Below are positions 13,285-24,776 of a stretch of 64,000 bases of DNA, piece after piece. The notes beneath the pieces were generated by a model. The model worked only from the letters and a program-made list of their open reading frames with translations. It did no database searches and had not been told where the DNA came from. This DNA is from Amoebophrya sp. A120 (Eukaryota; Protista; Dinoflagellata), in assembly GCA_905178155.1 (NCBI GenBank), contig CAJINV010000001.1:8755642-8819641 (forward strand), written 5' to 3'. A program made the translations under genes and the position numbers. The stretch's first letter is position 1, and every line of letters starts with the position of its first letter.

Positions 13285-14929
13285 AGTGGAGAAAAAAGCA
13301 AAAATGTTGAGAGCATGTTGTAGGGGTGCGGCATCTGATACCGATTCACCTTTTAGGAGGCGGAGCGGTTGTTCGGCATAGTTGCCAAGCAAAAGAGGAA
13401 AGTAGCACACGTTTTTTCACCAGACAAATCAGCATGGAACTAATGAATAAGTACGGCTCCCTCCACTTCAGGATACTGGTTTCAAGCGAAAGCGAGGTAT
13501 TCCTATTCGCATTCCTCGTAAAAAAAATTATCGTTGCAAGGTATCTATACTCCTACACAAAAGAAAGTCAAGATTTGCCCAAGCGGTGCCGCCCTCAAAG
13601 GGGGCATGATTTTTTTGACAAAAGAAAACAATCAAGAAGAGGTGGGCAAACAAAAGCCACTTCCCGGAAAGGAAAAGCTACATACTTTGACTATCTAATT
13701 TTCAAAAATGAATCATTGAAACAGAATTGACATTGATATTAAGTAAGACCCTATACAACCGAAAGCATGAATGAACGCATGGATTTGAAAAACAAAAGCA
13801 AGGCCAAAATAATCACTGTATAATTTGTGATGAGACAACGAGGAGTAAATGAGTACGAGAACGACTATGGAATGAAAAATCAAATAAGCACTTGCTGCAT
13901 AGATTTTGCAATATTTGCTGCAAGCAGTCGTAGACTGTGTCAGTGCCAGAGTCTTTACTTCGGGCGGCTGCTTTTTTTCTTGATCTGCTGAACTACAGTG
14001 GTGTTCTGCTCCAGGAGTTGATCGTACTGCTGTAAAATATCGACAAGATTGATCTATTTCTTGATCGTGTGGTGCTAATGCTCTGTGCACCTCAGTGTAT
14101 GGTGCAAAACCCTCCACCGGCTACGGTGCAAAATTGATCGTGCGTCTGATTTTTCTTGTTTGAATCGTGAGGCTGTTGCGAAAGAAGTAGAAGATGATCT
14201 GACGATGCGGATCTACTTCTGACGAAGCATTGTTCGTTGTGGAAACCTTCGTCTAATCCTTTGAAGCTTGTGGATATTGCGTTTGCGTCGTACTCCGGCG
14301 ATGTTGAAGAAGGTCTTAGTATGCTCGAAGCTGTAGTTTTTTTTTGCAGTATGTCGAAGCGTGGAAGATCAATATTTTTTGTCATTCCATGACGCGTTCC
14401 ACGGTGCCTCTTCTACCTATGTAACAATGCATGTGTGTACCACTAAAAAATCGAAGCCGATGAAGTTAGACACATGATTTACTTCTACAGCTCGTAGAAG
14501 TTGTGTCTTGGTTGAAGGCAGAATGGAGTGTATGTGAATCACGTGGTTTGATTGATGCCAGAAAGCACTTCTAGGCCCACATCCCTACACTGTATCAGTT
14601 CGCGTTTCGAGGGTAACTGACAAACTGAATGGTTTCCTAGTATTCTTCTAGCACCGGACCAAAATGTTGTTGACGACCTTTCCCATGTCTCGAAAAGCAA
14701 GCAGCAACACAAGGCGAAGACGATCAACGAGAAGCAGCACAACGTCGTCGCGTGGGAGGAGTACCACAAAAGCACCAACAACCATACCTGTAGAAGTGTC
14801 TGCAATAAAGCGGAGTGTCAGCAGGTGGAGCAGACGCGACGGTTTGGGTTTCCAAATTTCCGCAAGCACGAGATAGTCCAAGGCCGGTCCTTGTTGTGCT
14901 CGTTGCTGCAAGAATCCGAAGCCACCACA

Positions 14930-17900
14930 ATGGCCACTGCGACTGCAGCACCAAGCGCAGCCGCCCCGGCGGTCGAGAGGGTAACCGTGTTGCGCAGCGC
15001 GGCACATGGTGTCTCCGAAAATGTGCTACGACAGCTTGAGGAGGAGAATCTGGAGATGCGTAAAGAATGTGACATCGCGCACATTGAGCTGGCCTCCGCA
15101 TCTCATTTGGTCCGAACCCTCGACGCAGAGACCTTGGAATTAAGAAAACGAATAGCTGAGGTACGTGCGACAAGGGGCACTGTCCACTGATGTTGAGTTT
15201 ATTGTAAATACGTAACCTTGACTGTCATTTCATCAGATAGAACCAGAACCATTTTCCATGTTGAGTTGCTCACTCGGTTTGCAATTCGAGAAAAAAAAAA
15301 CTTCAGCTTGAACCAATGGAGGACAAAGCCCAGAAGGTTGTCGAAGAGAATGTGAAGCTACGAGCCACACTGCAGCGACAAAAGACGACGATTAGAAAAA
15401 TGATGGGCGAAGCTTGTACGTGATTATCATTCATGTTTTTTTTTGATGTGTGGCCGAGTTTGTCTGGTTGTGGACCTTTCTTTTTACAAAAAGCAAAAGG
15501 GAAGCTCGTGCAAATCGAAGGGTTCTCTTTGAATTTTTCGCTTTGCTCAATTTTCTCTACCCACCTGGCAGACGACAGCGACGAAGACGACATTTCGATG
15601 GAAAATCTGAAAGAGGAGCTGCTGTCACTGCAGGAAAAGTTGGCCGAGGTAACCGCAAGAAAGGACGACCTTCTCGCCGAAAACGAAAGACTGATTGCGC
15701 CCGGCCAGGACGACAACGAGCTCGCCACTTTGCGCAGCAAAGTGGAAGGTATTTACTTAAATAGAGTCAGTGTCAGCTGTCATTGATTTGTATTCGTTAG
15801 AAGCGGCCAAGGCTAGTAGGTACACACTACAGGCTCAGGCGTACATCAACTGCGCACCAACTGAGCCCGATTCACGTCCGCCACACAACATTGGCATCGT
15901 ACACGACTGTCACCGTACTTTTCACGACACATGATGACAATAAAAACTATCTTCAGAGCTCGAGAAGGAACTCGCGTCCGGAAATGAGGTTCTGAAAGAA
16001 ACCGAGGAGCAGATCGAGGAGATGTCGAAAACGCTGCCCGAAGTGGAAAACAAGAATCTGGAACTCCACAAGGAACTGCAGCTCCGTATGGCGTTCTCAA
16101 ACATTACATTCTCAACTGTTACATGGATTTGCAATGCAAGAACAGCAACAGTGAAGGCGACAATATTGCAGCTTTCGCATCACAGATTTGCCACAGATTA
16201 TCATGCTGTTTAGCCTTTCTAAAATTTGTCATGCTAATTACCTTGATCAAGTGGAGGCTGATGGCAATTTTGCATGACAAATCCGTGTAACAGTTGAGAA
16301 TGTAACAGTTGAGAACGCCATACTCCGGCTCGAGGCCGAGGAAAATTTGAAGAAGAAGCTCCAGGTATTACAATGAAAAATGCCCCCACCCCCGAACTTG
16401 AAAGCATTTGTATTGCAAACCTTTCCGAATGAAACATTCGCCCTCTTGCATGTATCAGCATCACAGATTTCCGATCGTGAATAGTAAAGATTTGTATTGC
16501 AAAAGATCCCAGCAAGAGCGGTGCTTGTCATGCAAGCGATGCGAAACACGCCTAGACTCTGGATCAGAAAGATTCATAGTACTTTCATGCATGACAAAAA
16601 GTTTTCATTTGGAAACTTCGCATCACAAATGCTTGCAACTTTGGGGGTGGGGGCATTTTTCACTGTAATACCAGGAACTGGGCTACGATCCGGAAAACCT
16701 CGACGGTATCGTCGGCCCTGGTTCCTGCACGACGGCAACGCCGTCTGATCATCAACTTCCCTCGCCCGCGACGGACCTGTCCGCTTCCAGCAGAAGCAAG
16801 GCTATGAGCTCTCCCACAGAGCCGCAGCTGCAGGGGAGTGTCGTGTCAAAAGAAGTTGCTCTGCCCGCTATTCCGGATGACGACCGGTCGTCGATCTCAT
16901 CGGGGATCGGGCGGCTGACAGACGATGATGACGATGATGGGGAGGTAACGCCCACGCAAGAAGCTGTCGCGACCAGCAAGCACTTGGACACAACACCGCA
17001 GAATGCGCCGCCCGGAAACGCGGCTGCTGGGCTGTCTGCGATAGCGCCGCCTACAACAGCAACAGGATCTGGAGCAGCAGAGCAAGACCTTGTTCCTCGT
17101 CCGGTGGTGCTAGAAGAAGCGGCAACGCAAACCTACAGCAGCGATTTTCCGCGTCGAGACTCCGCTCAGTCTCCGCGTCACTCTGAAGGCGTTCTGCGTC
17201 TTCCCGCGGTGCCGCTGCTTACAGGGTCAAGCTCGTCAAGTTCGTCGTCTTCCGTTCTTTCGGGATTGAGTGTGATAGGAGCTCCAACACCTCCACCGGT
17301 TCATCCACAAGATCCGTCCTCATCGTCTAGCGGAATAGTGCTCCTCGGTTCAGTTCCTCCTCTCTCGACGTCTTCACACCAGCAGGAGCAGCAGGAATTC
17401 GATAAGGAGCGGCAGAAGTTTTTGCGAAACGAGCGCAAGTACCAGAAGATCATCAAGGACAGCCTGGAGCACCAGGGTGTGTTAGAAGATCAGCTGCGCG
17501 AACTCAAGGACGTGACATCCAAGCAAATGTCTTCCTTGCGGACCGAGCTACGACAGTATCAGCTGCAGGAACAACAGAAGATAACCTCTACTGTTGCTGG
17601 TACAACTACTGCGACTGCCTCTTCATCTAGCGGTACTAGTCGAGCGCAGCCAATGCGCAGCGCGGCCTGCAACTCCACACAATTCGCTGAGATTCTCGCG
17701 GGTGCGGGGTTGACCGAGCCTGCCGACTGCAAAAATGATCCTAGCTCTGCCTCGTCTTCAGCTTCAGCACAGGAGGTCGCTTCAAACGAACAAGGACGAA
17801 ATAAGAGCTGCACAGAAAGGCAAAGCACAACTTGTTCCAAGGAGCCGCCACCCTCGGACGTTGTATCAGTCGAGCAAGCAGATTTGCGGCGGCGCTACGA

Positions 17901-18264
17901 AGTGTTGCAGCGCTCGCAAGGCATGCTGCTGCAGAGCCATGCGGCGGAGCTCGCGAAGCTGCTCCGTAGCAACGACCAGTTGAAAAATATTCTGCTGCAA
18001 ACGTGCAAAAAGTACGGGGTGCGGAAGCGAGAACTTGCGGAGTTGTGTGCTCTGGATAAGATAACCACGACTGGTGGTACACCTGCACTCATTGTTGATC
18101 AGCACCAGCGGGAACAAGAAACCCTGATAGAGGATAAGAACGCATCTTCCTCCAGCACGACATTACCAGGCGTAGCCGACCGTGCCGCCTCGACCAGTAG
18201 AATGTTGGCGGCAGCTGAACAGGCAAAAGCATCGCCAAAGGGGAAGGAGATGGAGATCACGTGA
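14930..18264 (+). CDS. Hypothetical coiled-coil protein with low-complexity Ser-rich regions
   Basis: Heptad-rich exons joined by three GT-AG introns (first donor 15161) and two introners (16087-16322, 16366-16670). The spliced frame ELQLRLEAEENLKKKLQELGYDPE runs into ORF 16804..18264. Confidence 0.7.
16087..16322. mobile_element. Introner family C, 236 bp, TSD CTCCG
   Basis: TIR tatggcgttctcaa...cattctcaactgttacatggatttg / caaatccgtgtaacagttgagaatg...ttgagaacgccata; CTCCG at 16082-16086 and 16323-16327; removal restores the frame. Confidence 0.9.
16366..16670. mobile_element. Introner family D, 305 bp, TSD CCAGG (can be read as a canonical GT-AG intron 16365-16674)
   Basis: ~45-bp TIR tattacaatgaaaaatgcccccacccccgaacttgaaagcatttg / caaatgcttgcaactttgggggtgggggcatttttcactgtaata; CCAGG at 16361-16365 and 16671-16675; removal restores the frame. 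Confidence 0.92.
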
Positions 18265-19338
18265 AGATCATGGCTCTTGCCGGCTGCTGTTTATTTTCTG
18301 GCGCAGAGAGCAGCGTTCACACGTCACACCCGCAAGTTGTGCGTTGGAAATCGAGAACGGATCATGGCAGCGCCGGCAGACGACGGAAAAAAACTTCGCC
18401 TTTCATTCATGCTTTTCTACCTTTTTCCACTCCTACTCGACCCGTTCTGAGAAACTGTGTACGAAATTATGAATGCATGTGTACGTATAGCGTTAGCGCA
18501 CGAGCAGATTCGGGCTTGCTTGCTTTTTAAGTACTTTTTCCGCGCATCACCTGTTGGTTCTATAGACGGACCCCCTTTTTTGGTTTTTGATGAACCGGGA
18601 TGATAGATTTTGGACAATAACAAATGAACGAAAATTTCTTTGGATCGTAGGAGTCTCTACGTCCTGACGTGGTTTTGTGCAAATGCAGAAAGTGAATGGG
18701 AAAGCAATGAACAACTGAAAAGAGAACTCGAAAAAGCAAGAAGTCCGATTCGCAGGAGGAAGCTCATCGCACGGCGTTGTAATGTGGATCCGCTTCTTGG
18801 AACCACAAGCACAAGGATTTCGTCGCAAATTTGTGTGCATCTGCATCTTGTCACCTGTATTCGTAGAATCTCCCTTTACCTTCACGTAAAAGTAGATTTT
18901 TCTCTATGCCAATCGGAATCGCCATCGTATTGGTAATTCGTAATTCTCTTTTCCATGCTTGTGCTTTACACCATCTCGGCGTACCTACGTACTCCTCGGT
19001 CGATCTTTAACTTTGTTTGCTTTGTTTCTGTCTTTGTCTTCGTGATATTCGTTTCATCGACATTTGGTTTATAAATATCGTTCTCGTCTAATAAAGCGAG
19101 TGGGACAGGTCAAATAGCAGCGAGTGCCGATTGTGAATACAAAAATCGCAGTCGTCTTTGTGGGCGTTTGAGCAATTCGTATTAGCTGTCCAGACCAAGA
19201 TGAATTGATGTATATCTTTCAGATTCAGACCGTGATAGGACACAGACATACGTGCACTATCAAGCTTCATTTCTATTTCTGCAGCAGTGCACACGCAATT
19301 CTATTTCTGCAGCAAACTCGAATTCTTGCCCTATCAAG

Positions 19339-20067
19339 ATGCCTGGGATCATCCTTGCGCACGATCGTTTTTTCGATGAACAAGTCGCTCTGCACCATGA
19401 ATGGAGACGTGGCTCCGTCATCTCGATGAGGACCAGGAGTTTGAAAACCAGTTTCGCAACTTCGTGCGACCGAACCAGAGCAAACAGCTCCGCGGTCAGA
19501 AATTTCTTTTTCGGCGACAGTTGCTACTACGACGACCTCCACGACGCCGCCCAAAAAGCAGAAGCCGCTGTCGGTGTTGCCACCGCCTACCACGAAAAGT
19601 CAGCCCCGATTCCCAGAACCTTGCACTACGTGAGCAGTGCTCACAGCGCACTGTCCTGGTACGACAACCTGCACACCGGATCACCCACCGTGTCTGCACT
19701 GCTCATGCGACCGGTTTTGTCGTTGCTGCAAACGCTGCCTTTGAAAATCTTTTGTTACCTCTTGGTCGACCTGCCACTGCACAGCATTAGACTGACCTCA
19801 CACTTAGCCTTACAATCTGCGCAGAACCAAGCGGTCTCGCCCAGATTAGAGCATTTGCTCAAGGGAGCGAACGCGGCGTTGAAAAATATCGACGGTATCG
19901 ACCCTGCAGCGACCGTGTACGTGAAGAAGTGGCGCGCGAATCCTGAGTTCAATAACTACGAAATCCACAGCCAGCACGCTCCGGGAAGAAAAGTACAGCC
20001 GTATTGGCGAAGTCCGTTTGAATGGCTAAGACACTACGACTACACGCCAGGACAGTTTCTTTTTTGA
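19339..20067 (+). CDS. Hypothetical protein (intronless, ~240 aa)
   Basis: Long ORF (19252..20067; ATG at 19339 chosen); a decayed copy of its 3' end lies at ~26330-26450. Confidence 0.5.
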   Translation: MPGIILAHDRFFDEQVALHHEWRRGSVISMRTRSLKTSFATSCDRTRANSSAVRNFFFGDSCYYDDLHDAAQKAEAAVGVATAYHEKSAPIPRTLHYVSSAHSALSWYDNLHTGSPTVSALLMRPVLSLLQTLPLKIFCYLLVDLPLHSIRLTSHLALQSAQNQAVSPRLEHLLKGANAALKNIDGIDPAATVYVKKWRANPEFNNYEIHSQHAPGRKVQPYWRSPFEWLRHYDYTPGQFLF

Positions 20068-20554
20068 GGAAGATCGCATAAAATCATGCGTCCGAACAAA
20101 TTATAGACGCCGGGCTTAGGTAAAGCTAAAGAAACGAATATAGACAAACTCAAACAGAATTCTGCAACAAGTAGCACGGTGGTGTGGGATCTTGTAGAAA
20201 GTACATACTAGTACTACATCTACATGCTGCTGCGCGAGGGGAACCAGTGTGTATTGAGTGTAGGTCTGTTCAAAAGTAGCAGGACGCACACAAAGTGTAG
20301 ACAAGATCATCCTTGCTTTATCCGATTCAAAAACGTAGCAGAAAAGTTCTGTACGAGAGAGAAAACTAAATTGGTACTCTGGTGTACTGTATTTTATCGT
20401 ACTTGAATGATTTTGGCAGGATTAAATCGCACCGGCTCCGCCCGACATTTCATAAATTTTCTTTTTGAAGCTTGTATCGATATGAGGAGTTGATTTTTTA
20501 TTTTTTAGAAGTTTTCACATCTTCTTCTTCAAGACCACGCATCCAAAAAGAAAA

Positions 20555-21937
20555 ATGATTGGCAACGGCGAGGCATATGCAAACCGAAACCCGGATAGCA
20601 GAAACACGTTCTACGACACGACAATCGGCGAAGGAAAATACAAGAGTGTTGGAGACGGGAGGTATCATAACGGGGAGCCATGCGTTTGCAAGTTTCTCAA
20701 GACGGGCACCACGTTTAGTGACGATTGCTTCCTCGATGACGTAAAAAATGCTGAAGCAGCTTTGCCGTACATCGCTGGATTTCATGAATATGTGCGAAAG
20801 TCCTTGCCGCAGTATGCAGGGAGCATATCGATCAAGGTTAACATACCCGAAGTCTGGTCGCAGTCTAGTAACGGCTGGGGAAAGGGACAAAAGTTTCTGG
20901 TCGAACCCTTAGTGCCGAACTTTCAGAAGTTCAACAGTAATTCCGGGGCTGCAGACACAACTGCCGAAGTAGCACAGGCACTCAGTCACTACAGCTATCA
21001 CGTTTCTGATGGTCGCGAGCTGCTCTGTGATTTGCAGGGTGGGAAGATTGGAAACTCCTACATACTCTCGGATGTCGTAATTATGAGCGCGGACAAGAAG
21101 TACGGCAACACCGATCTTGGCTTGCCGGGAATCGAAAACTTCTGCGCCGAGCACGAATGCGGCCGGTTTTGTAGCAGAGAGTGGAAAAATTGGAGCAACG
21201 CCAAGCGCCGCTACCAGCCAGTTATGTCCACAACAATCACCCTCGACGTCGCTCATGTTCCCACTCCGCACACGAACAGGCAACACGTGCGCGAATTTCC
21301 TTGCGATATTCTGTTTACGCAAAACAGCATCAAGGGCCAGGTACTTCACTGGTTGGGCAAAAATGAATGGATTTCCGCGTTTTCGTGCTGTCCACAGTTT
21401 GTGTTGTTGTTAGTGTTTGGATGGAAAAATAAGTATACTTTACACTCACGACATGGACTTCTTGGACTTTTGCTGTCAGAAATCTTGATGCGTAGTACTG
21501 ATATAAAAATGATTGAAGCGAATACGAAAACTCAGTTTCAAGACGGCAGAACGCTTCTGGATACCGCGTTGGAGCTCGCCCGGCAAGACATTCAAAAGCG
21601 CGATATTCCGATGATTACTGCAGTCCGCTACCAGGGAGATTTATGGACGCTCGACAATCGTCGACTTGCAGTGTTTCGTCTGCTGCAGATGGCGAACAAG
21701 CTCCACAAAATCAAGGTGGAAGTGGTTTCCTTTGATCGGGTTGAGGACGAGTTCAATCGAAAATGGGACGGCGCCAACGGTCACACGATAGCCATCCGAC
21801 AAACCAACTATGTCATTGGGCGGAGCGAGTCAAGCACACAGTATCCTGGGTTGGCGCAGATCCGGAACACCTATCCAAGCGAGAGCTCGACGGACGCAGC
21901 GCTTTCCATCTTCCTGGGTACGCTAGTCGACAATTAG
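20555..21937 (+). CDS. Alpha-kinase (eEF2K/MHCK family) fused to a C-terminal ParB/Sulfiredoxin-like domain, paralogue 1
   Basis: LVEPLVPNFQKFNSNSG, AQALSHYSY, CDLQG, TDLGLPGIENFCAEHECGRFC. C-terminal FTQNSI..F.DG...IPMI...TLDNRRL. GT-AG intron 21341-21535 at the same position as in the paralogues. Confidence 0.88.
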   Translation: MIGNGEAYANRNPDSRNTFYDTTIGEGKYKSVGDGRYHNGEPCVCKFLKTGTTFSDDCFLDDVKNAEAALPYIAGFHEYVRKSLPQYAGSISIKVNIPEVWSQSSNGWGKGQKFLVEPLVPNFQKFNSNSGAADTTAEVAQALSHYSYHVSDGRELLCDLQGGKIGNSYILSDVVIMSADKKYGNTDLGLPGIENFCAEHECGRFCSREWKNWSNAKRRYQPVMSTTITLDVAHVPTPHTNRQHVREFPCDILFTQNSIKGQVLHWLGKNEWISAFSCCPQFVLLLVFGWKNKYTLHSRHGLLGLLLSEILMRSTDIKMIEANTKTQFQDGRTLLDTALELARQDIQKRDIPMITAVRYQGDLWTLDNRRLAVFRLLQMANKLHKIKVEVVSFDRVEDEFNRKWDGANGHTIAIRQTNYVIGRSESSTQYPGLAQIRNTYPSESSTDAALSIFLGTLVDN

Positions 21938-22269
21938 AATTCGCCACAGTCGCCGCAGGGGTTCGGGTTGTTTAGGTTTGGGATGAGTCACAGTGACTTC
22001 TGAATGCTCCATTCCAGCAGCAGCACAACATCGCTGAAGATCACGCTTTGAATTCTATAATCCCTTGGTGACCAGATAATGTAGAAGAGTTTTTTTTTTA
22101 TCTTAAAGCCAAACCTGCTAAAGTCGATATCGACCGAAAAAAATGGCACGAAAGAGGTGCGAATCGCACGCACCGCTCTTTCCTCGAAGGCAGGATCTGC
22201 TGGTGGAAGCTGCTTGTCATAAATATCGTTATGGTAATCGTCAACAAGACCGCCAGTGCCAATGAGATC

Positions 22270-22377
22270 TTCAGTAAGGTTCACGCCAGTTTCAGTAAGG
22301 ATCACGCCAGTTTCAGTAAGGATGGTCACGCCAGTTTCAGTAAGGATCACGCCAGTTCCAGTAAGGATCACGCCAGT
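22270..22377. repeat. Minisatellite, ~5 copies of a 21-bp unit (ttcagtaaggatcacgccagt)
   Basis: Directly visible tandem array; one unit has a 3-bp insertion. Confidence 0.9.
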
Positions 22378-22738
22378 CGGTGAGTACAGATCGAGATATT
22401 AAACGCTTCTTGTATGTTTCAAACAAAATCATAAGCAATAAAGAAACTCAAACAAATGAAGATAGAACAAGAGTTGGGCTGCTGTCGTTGCTGTTTTAGT
22501 GCGCAAATTGCCCGCACTGCTGTTTTGGAACGAATTCGGTTGAACGAGTACGAATTTCTCGTCTGCTTGTGTAACTACTTAATTCCTACCGTAAAATCAA
22601 AACATCTGCGTTTCGTGGGTCGTCCTCGTAGATAACGCCGTGCGTCCCGAAAGGTTCAAGTTGAACTACGTGAGAGATGCGCATCGTTTGTCATGAGTAC
22701 CTCATGAAGATCTTGGCGAAAATCGGAAACAAAACATC

Positions 22739-24151
22739 ATGGCGAGCAGCACAAACAGAAACAGCGGAACTGACTACTCCAGCTTCGCGAATTGGAATCC
22801 TGTTTCCAGTTGTAGGTGGAACCACGAAAAAATCATCGGCGCAGGAAAGCACAAGTTCGTGAAAACTGGCACGTACGAGAACTACCCGGGAAGGGCGAAC
22901 AGTAAAGCGTGCGTGGTCAAGCTCCTGAAAACCGGGGCGAATTTTAGCAGCGAGTGTTTCCACGACGATGTCCGTTGCGCGGAAGCCGCCCTTCCTTACA
23001 TTGAAAAGTTTCACGAATATTTCCGGAGCGCTTTTCCGAAGTTTTATCCCGGCGGACAAACTTTTATCAAAGTAAACGTGCCCACGGTGTGGCAGCAGAT
23101 AAACGACCACAACGGAAACCGGGGACAGAAGATTCTCGTGGAGCCCTTGATTCCGAATTTTACGAAATTCAATTCGAATTCGGGCAAGGCGGACGCGCGG
23201 TGCAAAATCGCACAAGCTCTGAGCCACTTCTCGTATCATGCGTCAGACGGACGGGAGATCTTGTGCGACCTGCAGGGCGGCCGGGACGGGAAAAACTATG
23301 TGCTGTCGGACGTTGTTGTTATGAGCGCTGACAAAAAGTACGGAATTACGGACCTGGGTTTGCCCGGGATCGAAAACTTTTGCGCGCATCATGTTTGCAA
23401 TTGCTTCTGCAGTCGCCTCTGGAAAACGTGGAGTGGGGCCCGTCGGCACTACCAGCCGGAAATGTGCACAACGATCACGCTGGACGTAGAGCACATTCCC
23501 GTGCCGCTGTCTGCCCGCAAGTACCAACGCGTCTTCCCGTCTGACATCATGTTCACGCAGAAAAGTATCAAGGATCGGGTAAGTGTACCAAAAAGTTGTA
23601 TTTCAAAAATACGTGCAGCTGTTTGCAGCTTCACTTGTCAACATGATAGATGAAGCAAGAACAGTCTTGTCCCGTAGTGTTGTTTCGTGCTGCCTTCTCG
23701 TAGGGCTAACGTCTGCACTAAAAAACTACTTACTACAACTATCCAGTTCCACGATGGTAACACTCTGCTATACACGGCGTTGACGCTTGCACGCCAAGAG
23801 ATCCAAAAGAGTGACATACCGATGATCACCGTTGTGCAGTGCAAGGACGGAACGCTGCGTTCCCTAGACAATCGGCGCCTGGCCGTCTTCCGTCTCTTGG
23901 GCATGACCAGGAAAATCCACAAGATCAAGGTCGAAATCGTTCCGGTCTCCCGAGTGGCGGATGAATACAACCGCAAGTTTGACGGCGGCAATGGCGAGGA
24001 AATTCATGTCCGTCAGAGCAACCAGACCATCGGCAGATATGAATGGACCACGAAGTTCCGGCAACTCGCGGAGATCAAAAATACGTACCCGAGTCAATCC
24101 CCGCAGGACGCAGCCCTTGCGCTCTTGCTGGGGTCGCTTACCGATGAGTGA
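22739..24151 (+). CDS. Alpha-kinase + ParB/Srx-like fusion, paralogue 2
   Basis: Same motifs (KFNSNSG, AQALSHFSY, CDLQG, HVCNCFC, SLDNRRL); intron 23579-23746. Confidence 0.88.
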
Positions 24152-24776
24152 AGAGAACATCAACAAGAGGCGGCGGTCGTGGCGGAGAGTTCGTTGGATT
24201 CGTCAAAAATGGGAGCTTTTCTTGCCTTATCGCAGCCCATTATTTCATCCACAGAGGAACGACATTGAATGTCGCTCGTGAGAAACCAAAAAAATCGCGA
24301 CTCGAGTTTCTTTATTCCATTCTTTGCATTGTTCCGTGCTCGCAGCACTACAATGTGTGGTATCAACATTGAATTTGACCCGAAATCTTCCTGCTCGTAT
24401 ATGCTTGTCTGTGCTTGTAGTTCTGTTCTTGCGTAGGCGACTGTTTCGTATCTTCATGTCTCAGCTACAGCTTGATTCTCAAACCTAGAGAGGGAGTGCG
24501 GAGTTGTCCGGCATAATATGTTCAACGGACGAGTAGAGCTGCGTTTTGACGTACTTATTTTGAGGCTTCAAGCAGAAGATTACGATGAGCCGAGCGCTGT
24601 CCCTCGGTTTTGCACAGTAGGTGGCACAATCGAGGGAATGGGGAGGTCTGCTTTGCTACGAAACAAGAAGTCAATTTTACGTTTCTCTAGTTCAATTTTT
24701 TGTCGTTCACTGGGTGTACAACTTGTAGTTCATTTCTCTTTCTGCCCGCGTTCGAAACAGGTTTTTCTTTCCGAAA

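Noticed and set aside
13713-14805. Coding-like minus-strand fragments (hydrophobic ORF 14539..14805; ORF 14092..14385)
   Set aside because: I could not build a consistent spliced model or recognise a domain; possibly a pseudogene.
22270-22377. Possible CRISPR array
   Set aside because: Head-to-tail repeats with no spacers, in a eukaryotic context with no cas genes.
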